From Paramecium tetraurelia (taxonomy: Eukaryota), in the NCBI GenBank assembly GCA_000165425.1, contig CT868000.1:1-64000 (forward strand): a stretch of DNA of 64,000 nt, in the 5' to 3' direction. This document shows, in pieces, positions 30,541 through 43,584 of the stretch (position 1 is the first letter of the stretch; every line of letters starts with the position of its first letter). The notes beneath the pieces are model-generated. The model worked only from the letters and a program-made list of their open reading frames with translations, ran no database searches and was not told the DNA's origin. The position numbers and the translations under genes were made by a program.

Positions 30541-31498
30541 ATGAGTTCCAATGGTAGTGCATTGAAGGGATCAGGTAATTGTAAGTAACGAATGGAATAG
30601 CACCTCCTGATTTAGCAAAATAAGTGTTGGTCCAGAAATTGGCTCAACAAATAGTGAACCAGATAGTCTCAGATGATGTAATAGACGATAAAATTGAGGA
30701 GGAGGAAAATCACAACAAAGAGCCTACTTGCTGTCAAATGTTCTATGCTCCCTTCACATTGAAATACTATTAACCATTCTTCAACGATTTAACAACTAAA
30801 GTAATAGCATAAAAACTATGGGCATCCTTTTTCCCATTCAAAGCAACCTTCTTTGAAATTCAGGATGGAAAGGCAGATTTATATGGGCCAGTCTGGATTT
30901 ATGCCACCTTAGTATTTGCAGTAGCTGCTGCAGGTAACATTTCTGGTTATCTGGCAACTCCAAGCAACATAGCATTCCATTACAATTTCGATTTCATACC
31001 AACGGCATCATCCTTACTGTTCGGAATAGCCTTTCTAGTACCATTTGCAATTTATATGGTTATGAAAATGCTGGGAGGCAGACATCTCCATTTAACATCA
31101 GTTATCTGTATATATGCCTATGCTTAAACATGCATAATACCTGTGTGTGTGGTATGCTCTATTCCGAATCCTTAATTGCAGTGGGGTGCATTGATCTACG
31201 CAATGATTAACTCATCTCTGTTCTTGATAGTCAATTATTGGGGGTATGTATATGAATGTGGCAATATCTTTTAGAGAGTTGGAGAAGAACATACAGGCGA
31301 AGAAACACATAGTTATTTGGTTGATTGCTGGATGCTAGGTGGTGTTACTGTTATTGTTCAAGATGTACTTTTTCTTGTATGTATACACAAATCCTTATAC
31401 TGGATCAAGATTCGATTAACTCACAAAGATTGTAAATGAATATTGTAATTTAGGTTCATACGGATCACTTCTTTTTGCACCATCATCAATAACATTGA
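30541..31498 (+). CDS. Yip1-domain protein (YIPF1/YIPF2-like)
   Basis: LKYYQPFF, DLYGPVWIYATLVFAVAAAGN, ICIYAY and five TMs. Three tiny introns. Confidence 0.9.
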
Positions 31499-31535
31499 GA
31501 ATATTAAATTATTTATAATATTATTATTTAACCGA

Positions 31536-32896
31536 ATGTCTTCAAAAGATAAACAAAGTGTTAAGAGTGATAAGTCTAAGGACAAGAAGAAGAAATCTAC
31601 TAAATTGGACAAGAAGGATTCCAAGATTCTACCTCCTCCTCCTGACAATGATCAATAACTACTTATTGCGAGAGTAATTAGTAGGAGTGGAGACAAGGAA
31701 AGCAAAAGCTTGGGTATTACGAATAATAAGCTTAGCCAATTGCGATGAGGATCCATAAATGTAGACATTCAACAATAATAATGGCAATTTCTAAACTAGC
31801 AATTATTCGTAGCAACATAATCAATATGAAAATTACCCTACTGTCAATAAGAATAATAATCAATTCAGAACCAATAAATTTATGACTGATCAAACTGCTT
31901 ATCCATAACAATACCAAGACAATTTCTATTAAAAAAGTGCACAACAATATCAAGATCAATATTATTCACCCAGTTACACATAACCCTATTATCCAAATCA
32001 ATAGTTTACATAATAAGCTACCTTCGATTATAGATAAGAAAGAATGAAGGATCAAGTTAACTAGAGTTTGATACCGAAAAGATCTGAAATTCTGGAATAA
32101 GTCTCAAAGGTTATTGCTATTAATGATAAATTAGATAGATAACAGAATAGATGAAATCAAATATCAATCCTAAAAAATAGAGAGCATTACCAGAGAAGAA
32201 TGCGAGATGATCATCGATAAATTAAAGAGTGTTGAAACTCAGAAATTGCAAATGTTGTATCATGATAAGAATGAATTGCTTAGGTATGATCAATCATTTA
32301 TCTCTAGAGACATCGATTAAATTGATGCTCTGCAATAGAGAATCTCATAGTTGTAAGATTTCAACTCTCAAAAGAACATAGACTTATTTGAAAACATAGA
32401 AAGATTGAGTAGGAAAAGGATCAAAAAATAGATTGAAATCTACCCAGATGATTTGCCTTAGGATTTGATTCAATTTAGATAATTGCAATAGTAAAATTAG
32501 ATGCTCCAGAAATTGATGGATTTCAAGAATGAAGTCATTTGGAAACTCTTTAATGATTCCTAAATAGAAAGTAAGCGGATCAGAGAGGAATTGGAAAGAC
32601 AAGCAAATCAAGAATTTCAAGAGTGGTACAACATTGTGGATCAATACTAACAAGAATTGAATAAGTACAAATTACAATGCACTTTTTGTGGAATAAACTT
32701 TGATTATTAATTGATTAATTCTGATTGCAACTCAAATCAACAGGATGTTTGTAAGATATTGATTAATTAAAAAGAAATCTAATTCGACTGCGAATAGAAT
32801 CCGCCTGAATAATTCTTGGGTACTCGACGACACTTTTTTAGTAAAAGTAGGTAGATGTAATAATCGTAAATTTAAATGGAAGACAATAAAGTATGA
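31536..32896 (+). CDS. Coiled-coil protein with Q/Y/P-rich N-terminus and C-terminal CTFCG Cys motif
   Basis: DLPQDL, FKNEVIWKL, EWYNIVD, CTFCG..INSDC..N, GTRRHFF. Distant paralogue of the 43585 gene. Confidence 0.7.
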
Positions 32897-32920
32897 TAAA
32901 AATATATATATATATAAAGA

Positions 32921-35900
32921 TCAATTTTTAAATTTGATTTCTCTGCAATCTAAAACAACATTTTCATCAAAACCTCCGAATATTCTATCTGTTTCTTGTT
33001 GTAAGGTTGTCTAATATACAGGCAATTGAGGTTCTCTCTAAGACCCAGCACTTTATGGTGTGACATAATGACCAGAAAATTGATCTTCATATAATTTAAT
33101 GTCTGTAGTTCTTCGTTTGGAACTGAAACCATCATTTATAAAATCACTCTGCACTTGTTACCAACTACGTAATTTAGATATGATTAAAATACTATTGAGG
33201 ATTGTTCTAAAGATTGCCATCTAATGTTATTTCGTCACTCTCTGTATAATCATCTTGTCTCCTTATTATCTTTTTAATCAGTAAGTTGGAGTATGATTAC
33301 CAAGTTTTAAATAAGATTAAAACATTCAAATAATCATGAAGAATGTTGAAATTAGATTTGAACTATAAAGTATGCTGACTGATATTGCTTCTCTGTTGGG
33401 TTTTGTTTCTCCTATAATACAGTAATCGAATTTGCATCTCTTTATTGAACTATTTCATGTTTTGAATGGACTCCTAGGACCCATCTTTGAACACTTCATC
33501 ATGATAACAACACCTGAACAGTTGATACAGTAACTGATTATATTGAATATATCCACAAGCATCACTACTTAATCATAAAAGCATTACCATCTCAAATTCA
33601 ACTTCGATGCTAATTTGGCTGCGTCCCATAAATTGTCATCTTTGCCTCCTCCCAATGGTTATCCGATGTCAAGCAAAAAGCGACAAAGAAACTTGTAATG
33701 CATACTTTGACCATTGGTCTCAGCTGAATACTTACACCAAGCAGTTTTGATCTTATCGATTTCCTCGACATATGTTTGAATCATTGAATTCTGGACTTAG
33801 AAAAACTCTTCAAATTGTTCAATCAAACCTAAAATAAACAAATTCAAAAGAACATAATTTGAAAATAGCATAAATGTTATGAAATATAATTAATTGAAGT
33901 CTGAACCACAACAATCAGGGTTCTCTGGACATGATGGATTATGATGCATCGTATCTGTCATAATAGTCCTAAAATCATCACCTGATGCACATTTAAACAG
34001 TGCCAACAAGGCATATTCAAAATTAGTAAAATTAATGTAATCATCAATCACTGCACCTTCAATTATCTTACCGAATAATTGACATCCAATCAATGCATAA
34101 ATTATCATAGTGATGATTAGAATGGATATGAGTTTGGCCAAAAATGGAAGAGCAAAACCCATCACTCTTATCAATCTTGATAAGTTTGTTAATCCTTGAA
34201 ATATGACAAGCAGACGCAATTGTCTTGTCATAAAGGCTAACCTTATCATTTAATAATGTGGAGTGAACACATTCGATTGAAAATAATAGATAACCCAGTC
34301 ATTCTCTAAATCTGCTATTAAGTCACAAAGGGATATCAGAATCAAGAATGTATAATACCTCCTCCAATTATTGTCAAAGTATCTATTTATACCCAATGAC
34401 ATAAACAACAGGGCAATCCATAAAGCATAAAACAATATGATGAATCTCTAAATGATATTTATTTATCTGATATACTCCACCTCCATGTCATATTAATATT
34501 GTAATTAACAGATCAAATCTATTAACAACATCAGAAACATAAACTTCTAAAATATGGAATTATTGACGATAAAAGAGGCAAATCTTCTTACTATCTTGGT
34601 GGGGGGAGTTGAAAAAACAGGAGTATCCTTAAGGATAATTGGAGCAATCTCTGTAAACTCTCTCTAGAATTTGGTGGCATCTTACATTTCAATCTTTTGT
34701 TGATTGAATCTCAATTTCGAAAAGAGTGTTCCCGTAAAGAAACTCAAAAAGAACATAGACCCTACAAAGCAAAATGAAATGAAGTAAGCATATGTTGATA
34801 TATAAGTAGCAAAAGGAGATGGTCCGTATCTGCTTTGTCTGCTGTTTTCAGCAACTTACATGATTTCACCCCAACCATCAAAGGTGGATACTACAAACAA
34901 TGTGGGCAATGCTATAGTGATATTGTCAAAGTTATGTTTAAAATTAATCCACTCTCTTTGAGATTCCTTGCATTCTCTTTCATTTACATAGAATTGCATT
35001 TTATCATCACAAAATCCAAACTGACTTTCATACAATATGATGCCAAACACTCCGAACATTATCCACACTGAAATCAAAGTCAATAATATCTTTAACATGT
35101 CTAATAATGATTAAGCCAAAGCAGCTCTTATCTTGTCTAACCATTTAATTCGGTACATCAACTTCATTGGTCTAAAATGGCCGAGAAACAAACAAATATT
35201 TACAATTGGGTTTTGTTTATAACTATCGATAAAGAACCCAAGCAAATAAATTAGGTCGATCAATTACCATGAATAGTTGATATGTGATCCCTTGTCCATA
35301 CATAACCCTTTTGCTATTATACAAATTATATCTTCTAGGAACATAAACACATTTAAAATCATCAACAAAATATATGGGTATTAACTCTTCTCTTATTCAT
35401 AATCATGGTATGTTCGAATAATCATTACAATAATTGATGAAATCAAGACCAAATTAGTAAACCAATAAAAAGCTTAGGATGAACAGAAATTGCAACAAAT
35501 AATTCTAATTTTGCTGGTTTTTTCAAATAAGTAGAGTGATGTTTCACATTGAATATCTTGGAACAACTTAGGATTCGACTTCATTACTTACTTATTTAAT
35601 TACTCTAATATAATTACATTATTATACTTAAAGATCGCAATAGACTTTCCATCAAATCAAGTTTTACTTTTGGTTATTCCTTCTCTTCCAACTCACAGAT
35701 TTGAACTTATGAGAAATATTGTGATTTAATTCTCAAATTTCTCGTAGAATCCAGATCTGTATTTAATTGTTCCTCATCTCTTGCAGAAGTCATTTGATTC
35801 TCTAGCAGTTGCTTATCACCTTAATCTACTTCTTCCTTTTCATCTAGATATCTGCCAAATCCATCAAGCAAAATAGCTAAAACCAATCCATAAGTCAAAT

Positions 35901-38900
35901 AATTCAAAATTATAACCATCGAAAACGAATAAGTGATAGCAGCAACAGTACTTATGCCTGTCCCTAAAACATACACTCCATACCAATCATCATTCGTCAT
36001 AATATTGAATATAGTCATAATTGCTTTCATCAAATTATCGAAGGAATGTAATTAACCCAAAAAATCATCCTAATCAAACTTACTTGCATAAAGATCCATC
36101 CCAATCATTGCGTATATTGTGATAATGATGAACATAAATATAGTTAGATATATGTATTGCTTAAATGTTATTGATGCAATCTTACCTATCAATACAGCCA
36201 TCTAATTGTATTTTAAGCATCTGTAAAATAGTATACATTTTGTTCCTCTTATCAATCTCAAATATTACTCAGTTAAATTCAAATAATCACTGAAACTAAA
36301 TTCTATAAAACTTGCAATCATTATTATCGCCTATAACACATTTTCCTTACTTGAAAAGAAACGTTGCAATGGATATGTGAACATTTACAAACTGATTTCG
36401 ACCAACAAAAAAACAGTTGAAATATCTTCGCATTTCGATATGATAATCGGATCTGCTATTCCATACAATGATAAGAATATGAAATTGATCAAGATTATCA
36501 AATCAAAAAATAATTAAGTGACCTAATTGTCTATTATTATTAAGGTGTATCTCCTCATAATCAATAGTTTCCCACCTATTGTCGGCATCCATATTAATCG
36601 ATTGAAATTATTTAAACTATTAAAGATGTCTTCGAACATCTAAAATCGATCTGGATTCATTAGTAATACGTTGTTTCCTGACCAATTCTTTGTTTTGATT
36701 ATCTTCTGCTCTCTCTCTTTCTAGAAAATTAATTAATACAGTTCCTCATTAGAATCCAATTGTAATTTTGATTTGGGTATCTTCGTGTTGATTTTCTCTT
36801 GAATCTATTCATAATTGATGTAGTATCCTTAAATATAGACGTATCTTCTGCCCTTGCTAATGTGTTCAAAGGGTAGTTTTTGTTCTACTCTAGGTCTCAA
36901 ATTAATTATAGATTTTAAATCATTGTTTTTTCGCTTCATTTAGAGAGAGGGGACATCGAGACTCTCGTCCTTCTTACTTAGACTCTTTTAAATAGTGATT
37001 CTCCTAGTACTCTTATGGATTGGGTATCTAGACATTGAATAATCAGATTGTTATCTCGTTGTTTATTTTAAGTTCTTCTTTGATAGCAGATGTTGATAAT
37101 ACATTTTTATTTTTTCCTTATGTCCAATTCTAACAAATTAGCCTATAAATACCTTTTCTTCTAAACAAAGACATCTTTCAAACTATTAAATTTCTATTCC
37201 ACATGATAATTTACAGAATTGTTCAATTAGGTAAAATTGTACTCTATTAATTTCAATAAAATTGAAATCTCAATAGGATCATCAGAATATAAATTAATAT
37301 TTACTTAACTCTGTTCTTTTTTGAGTTCCTTGAACTTAGGCAATAGTTAGTTTTTGAGTGAGAAATACTTAAACTTATTCCAAATAGAACTTTAATTAAG
37401 TTTCTACAGTAAATATTTAATTCAAATACCGTTTATGCTTCATCTAAAATCTTTTTTTGTTTAGAGGACAACAACCTCAACTGTTGATTCGGCTTCTCAG
37501 GCCTAAAATTGTCCTCAATTAGTTCATTCAAAGGCTTCATTGTCCTAATCAAATGTCTGTGCTTCTTTAACACAGAATAGAAACCAATGTAACGCAAAAA
37601 GGATAAATCAAAATAGGAGATCACATCCTTACTTAAGAACATCTCCTATCTTTATAAACTATGATCGTTTTTCTATTTAGATAACTTCTCAAATTCTTCG
37701 CATTCTTATGTCGCTTCTGAATAGTGAATTTTCAATACAGCAATCATCATATTGATCGAAAAGAAGCCACAAACAAATATGATCAACAAATAATAGATCC
37801 ATATCTATGGATGGTAGATCCTCATTGTAAAAAACATCACCCAACTCCAATCGTCCATTGTTATTGTCCTTAAAATCTACCCAAAGGAAAAGAATATATT
37901 ATTGAAGGATGTTGGCAATTTAGGGGTTTCAGCTGATAACATGCAATGCATTCCTTCAGGACAAATGTTTTAATAGCACTGGATCCAATCATCGACTGGG
38001 TCTCCCTCTATTGGTTAACATCTATAATTAAATAGGCCCTGGAATAAGGATACTCCAATTATGGAAAAGAATAAGGCGGATAGTAAGAGGATGAAGAGTG
38101 CTTCAGCTAAAAATACCAATGACTTTTTTAGAGCTATCAACATGTATTTCAATCTCAATAAAACATCTCCCAAATATATGAAGATAGTGATTATTCTGAG
38201 TGGAGTTGGGTCGAATGGAATTGAAGTGGGGTAAAAGTAGTGCAAAAAGCTGATTAATGTACATAACAAATTAAATATATCTTCCTTACTGTACAAAAAA
38301 TGTACTGTAGGGTAGATCCCTCCTGCAGCTAGAATTCTGATGCATATTTCAAATGCAAAACAATAAAATATAAATTGCTTGTACTTCTCATTTGTGATTG
38401 GGGGATTTGAGTTACTTAGTGTGAATAGAGTCAGATTGCAAATAATGAAAATACCATTGATAATTTTAAATTGGTAACTGTCTACGAGTTTCTAGAAGTG
38501 CATCGGTATACACAAACAAGAATAAACAATGAATTTTCTTAATTTCAGGAAATTGAGATGATCATTGTAATTCTAGACTAAACTAATTTAAATACTTTTA
38601 ATTCGTGCTTCAACCTTTCCAAACCATGGAGAGGAGTCAATACAACATAATAAGGGTCTTCAAATGGATTGCGTTCCTTGTGCTTTTAATACTTCTTCAA
38701 TATCCGGGGATCAAGGTCTTCACAAAAATATTCCACGTCTTCATTATGCTGAGCTTCCAATTCTTCTATTTGATCTTGAATAGGGAAATTGTCGTGTCCT
38801 CTATCTAGCAATTGATCTTGAGAATTGACTTCGCTCATGGAGCTTGAATCACCAAAGCATTTTTTTAGAGTCCTTAAAACTTGCTTCTTAGGACCTTTCG

Positions 38901-39270
38901 AGCTATTTTAATCAGAAGAATTATGCGTCTATTGTTCTTGTTATTCGAGTGTTAACAAAAAGCCTTCTTTAAAACTCAAATTAGGTACTGCAATTTTGTC
39001 TTCCTAAGGATCAGGCTTTTCGTCAACATTATTATACTCACTAGAATCTGAGGAATTCTCATCTTAGTTTTCGTAAGGTTGAAAATTTTTTAAACTCTTC
39101 AAAGTACTTTATTATAGCAAATGCTTGAGACTCTTCATCTCCTTCAAATACCTTGTTGGGCTTCTCTTCATCATTTGATTCGAGATTGTGAATCGATAGC
39201 TTTTCTATTTTTTAAACTCCTATTATTTTGGCGATGACTTTTGCTGCTGTGAGGATTCTCGAGGAAGCAT
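32921..39270 (-). CDS. Four-domain (4x6TM) Cav/Nav-superfamily cation channel, copy A
   Basis: Pore loops TITMDDW, IMTNDDW, STFDGW and ASGDDF; S6 motifs INMMIAVL and LFILGLIEQF; C-terminal EF-hand-like segment WCKYS..LLDIGQPLGG. Confidence 0.92.
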
Positions 39271-39817
39271 TTTTATCTAAAAAAAATAATATAAAATTAT
39301 TCAAATCACATTAATTACGCTACTAACACAATTGCAACTAGCAATAATACATTGCTACTATTTAGAAGGGGCTACTAAGAACTTGAGCTGAATACCAATA
39401 AAGATCAAACTGGCACTTTTCCAATCACTTCCCCATTTCCATTTAATAATATTTGCAACAATCAATTGCATATACTGTAAAACCAATGTTATGAAGTTAT
39501 ATTTATTATCTATTTAAATATTGCTTAATCAAAATTTTTATTTAACTAATATCAAATATCACAAGTCTTCACTTTAAATAAACTCCTATAATTATGTAGA
39601 TAATTCTATGGAGAAATGATATTGAACCCTATAAATAGTAGAATTAATAATAAATTCATAAATGATGACTACATCGGAAAAGTATCAACATTCTTTGATG
39701 AACCTAGTGATATCATCTTAGTATTGAGGAATACACACAATAACAACAAGATGTCTAAACAAAATTCTATCGAAAATAGATTAACAATTTAATATTATTA
39801 TTATTTCCCGCTAAAAT

Positions 39818-41264
39818 ATGGAAGTAGAATCAAACACAGGAATACCCTTCATTTTACAAAAATTGAGAATAAATTCTGAGAAGAAATTCAAACATGAGAG
39901 AGTTGGATATGAAATTTAATAGTCGATCAAGTTTTATTTGACTCCTCTTAATAAAAGCTTTAAAGCATAATATAGTCACATTTATTATATGCGCTATTTG
40001 AACTTGTCTAAACGATTTGAGAATAATAGCAATGATTCTTAATTCATTGAGTTGATTTAAAAAATACAGAATTAATAAGGAACCATCAAGGCAATTGGTA
40101 CGATTTTCAAAGAAATGAAATTAAAACCATATTATTTCTCTTCGAATTCAAACAAAACATTATAAAGTAAAATGAATTTGCCTATATGCAAGATTATGTA
40201 TCTAATGAGGATGTATGCTATTTAGAAGACAGTTCAGGAAGAGTCAAATTGCAAATTCATAATGCCATACTCTGTCTTCCAAATAGGAAAGATAAAATAG
40301 TCAATGTCAGCGATCTTGTGACAGGAATTACATTGATGATTGAAGGGTAGATTGTTGCAAATAATATTGTGAAAGTAGAAAGGTTCTATCTACCTTAACT
40401 TCCTGAGGCACCGCTTTTTAAGCCATTAAATTTAACTTCATATCTCTGTCTGATTTCTGGTTTAAATTACAATGCCTCAGAATGTACTACCAAGTATCGA
40501 CATATGATTGATTATATGTAAGGCAATCTTTATAGCGGAGAAGGAAGCGAAGTAAGATTTCACAATAATGATATAGATTCCATATAATATATCTTAAGTC
40601 ATAATTCTTGGGAACTTATATTCCAAGCTAGAGGAACCAATTGATTAGTAGGTACAGAATCCTTAGTAAGACTTCAAAGGGGTGTATAGCAAAATATAGT
40701 TAAACATTAAAGGAGTTGATGAATTGATTAGTTAGTTAGTATCCGTTACTCCAGTTGCTATAATGCCAGGAGTAAATGAACCAGTTTCTTAGATGTTTCC
40801 TTAGACACCTCTGCATAGATCATTTTTTCCAGAATCCTTAGAAAAATCCAAATAATTGATATTCTTAACAAATCCAAGTGAATTTTCTTTGGGAGAGTTA
40901 AAGGTACTTGGAACAAGTGGATAAAATATCCAAGACATTAAAAAGTGCTCTTTGATAAAGGATTAATCAGATGTAGATTTATTGGAAATGACATTGTTTT
41001 ATGGACATATTGCTCCAACTGCGCCAGATACTTTGATGTTTATATTTAATTCAATTATATAGTTCATACCCATAGTAAAAATAGGATCCATTTGTTTTAT
41101 CAGAGTTACCGAATATTTACTTTGCAGGAAACATGTCAAAATTTGGAACTAAGATTGCTGCTGAAAATGTAAGAATTGTTAGTGTGCCAGCATTTTCTGA
41201 AACTGGAACAATCTGTTTAATAAATTTACATACTTTAGAATGTTTTCCTGTTCATATATAATGA
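39818..41264 (+). CDS. POLD2: DNA polymerase delta small (B) subunit
   Basis: QYSHIY..R, IGTIFKEMKLKP, LEDSSGRVKL, MPGVNEP..MFPQTPLH, TNP, GTSGQNI, HIAPTAPDTL, DPF....PNIYFAGN. Confidence 0.96.
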
Positions 41265-41288
41265 AAACCATTTATATATATATTAATA

Positions 41289-43565
41289 TCAGATTTTAAT
41301 TTTTTTCTTGCTTTAACACAATAATTTAGTTTCTAATTATTCTAATTATTCATGTATCATTTCATGAATTTTCAAATAATTATATTGCCTGTACTTGTTC
41401 CATTGATGTAATGATTTCAACTCTTTTTTGCTTGTTTTTAAGCCTTGCAATATAACTAAGATCTTGGTGGCACAGTTCTCCTTTTAAATCCAAGACAACC
41501 CAAAATCCTGTATGTTGTAAAAGCTTATTATAAACTAAAATATAAATGATAATGATTACCTTGACATCCTACAAAAGAGTTGATTTTTCTCTTTAAGTTT
41601 CAAGTTTAATAAATGGCAAATTATTGTGTCCTGTCAAATCAGAGTAAACATTCTGATCTAAATATTATTGAATGAAATCAGTGAGCTATGTTGAATTCTT
41701 TTATAGCTAAATTTATTTCCACATATACTCCAAAGATCGAAAGGATCCTGTTCTAGCCAAGTTATACATTTAATCCAAGTTATTAATTCGAATGATATTC
41801 TATCTTTTGATACCAGAATATATATCCAGAACTTTTGCTTGTAATTCAGATTGCGATGGGAAATGTGTTAGTTTAATTATTTATGCTTCCTCTGAGATTT
41901 CAAACTTAACTTTTAATTATTTTAATTTATTTAGCAATTAAATTGGTGTCATAACAGATCCTTTGAGTAAATCATCAACTGAACATTTATAACCATTTAG
42001 ACTGCCTGTTTTCTTACCATAAATTTAGATATTCTGAGAGATCTCATCATCTTCTGGTAATTGTGATATTATTAATTCAACTGGAATGGCAACTTAAATT
42101 TCTAACCATTTCTCTTTTTCTAATTCTTATAGAAATAGTTAAATTTGTTTTCTGCTGAAATCATAATTCAAAGTTGATTCATTTAATAGTATCTTTTTGA
42201 TTTTTGCATCAGACTATTCTGAACTTTGTAAATGCAACCATTTCTTAGTTAACCAATAAGTGATATCATTTTCATCTTTAGATATCAAATCATTTGTGTA
42301 AACACATTCCTGCATAAAAATAGCCAAGTTTTCTATTTAAATAAAATTTGAACATATTTCCGCCCTTTAGGTGAAGTAATAGTCATCACATAAAAATATA
42401 TGAGAGTTGGCTTCTTTGTTCAATTCTGTTATATCCAGAATGTATGTTTCAATATTTAAGGGTAAATACAAGTGAACAGAAAGGAATACAAAATTTTTCA
42501 GTCCTTCTGGCAATTAGAATCCGCTCGGTAATACAATTATATCGATATTTTAAGATGCAAAATCATAATAACTAGCTTATCTTTGATTCTCAGGTTTTTT
42601 TTAATGGATTGAGTTACTCTTGAATCCATTTTACTATAAAGTAAATTGCACTGATTCTACTGCACTGATATTATGGCAGAAGACAGCTATTCCAGTCTTT
42701 TTATATAATCGTTGGCTTCGAAGCAAAGATATCAACGATTTGATAGGACTTTCATCCTTGGAACAAGTGATTTAAGTCTTTGGACTGAAGGATCTAAATT
42801 TATTAATAGAATAAATTACTCGCGATATGTTTGATAGTTTCTATTAAAAGGATGCACTTATCGAAGATCCTAAATAAAGACACTTTGAGTTATGGGCAAT
42901 AGAATGTGGATGTATTCAGCATTAGCCTTTTAGATGTACTTAGTTAGGTCTGTTTGTACTTTGCCTATTTCCAGAAAGGACAAATAATAATTGGATTAGT
43001 CTAGCAATAAGAGTTTGATATCTAGATTTGATAGATCAATTAAATTGGCTTGATCTGGATGCACAATCAATAATTTAATGTTCCTGCTTGAGATATTTTT
43101 GACTATGAAGTCAATTTAATGAGTAGGAACTTCAGGATTGATGGCTGCCCATGAGATGACATCTTGGATTCTTCTTAATTTCTCCTTCAGCAACACATAA
43201 TTGTATGAGAGTATGACAACCAAGCCATCTACTAAAATAGAGAGCAATTAAAATAAAATTGATCGTTAAATTGTATTTAAATTTAATGAGCAAATAATAT
43301 TATTTGTAGTATTTCTACATAAGAAATCGATTGGATCAGTGATCAGATCTTCAATTTCTAATTGTTTAATAGCATCCTACAATTTTCTATCATAACCCTC
43401 CGTAATTGGGGTCTTGATTTGTTCATAATTATTATTTTCTTTAAATGGAGTCATGTTAAAAGAGATGATCTTTTTGACTTCCTCACTAACTAAAAAAGGG
43501 ATGGAGTTCTGTTTCTTCAATTGTTTAGGAGTGAATGAATAGCCAGAATCAATGGAATCGTTCAT
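41289..43565 (-). CDS. RecQ4-like protein with degenerate helicase motifs (probable pseudo-helicase)
   Basis: Colinear RecQ4-like segments: LVVILS, AAIN, IKLLIVHPD, LLLLDQSN, VHLYLPLNIETY..ANSHIFL, and C-terminal ILQGL..QWNKYRQYNY. Confidence 0.7.
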
Positions 43566-43584
43566 ATTTAAATAATTAATAATA

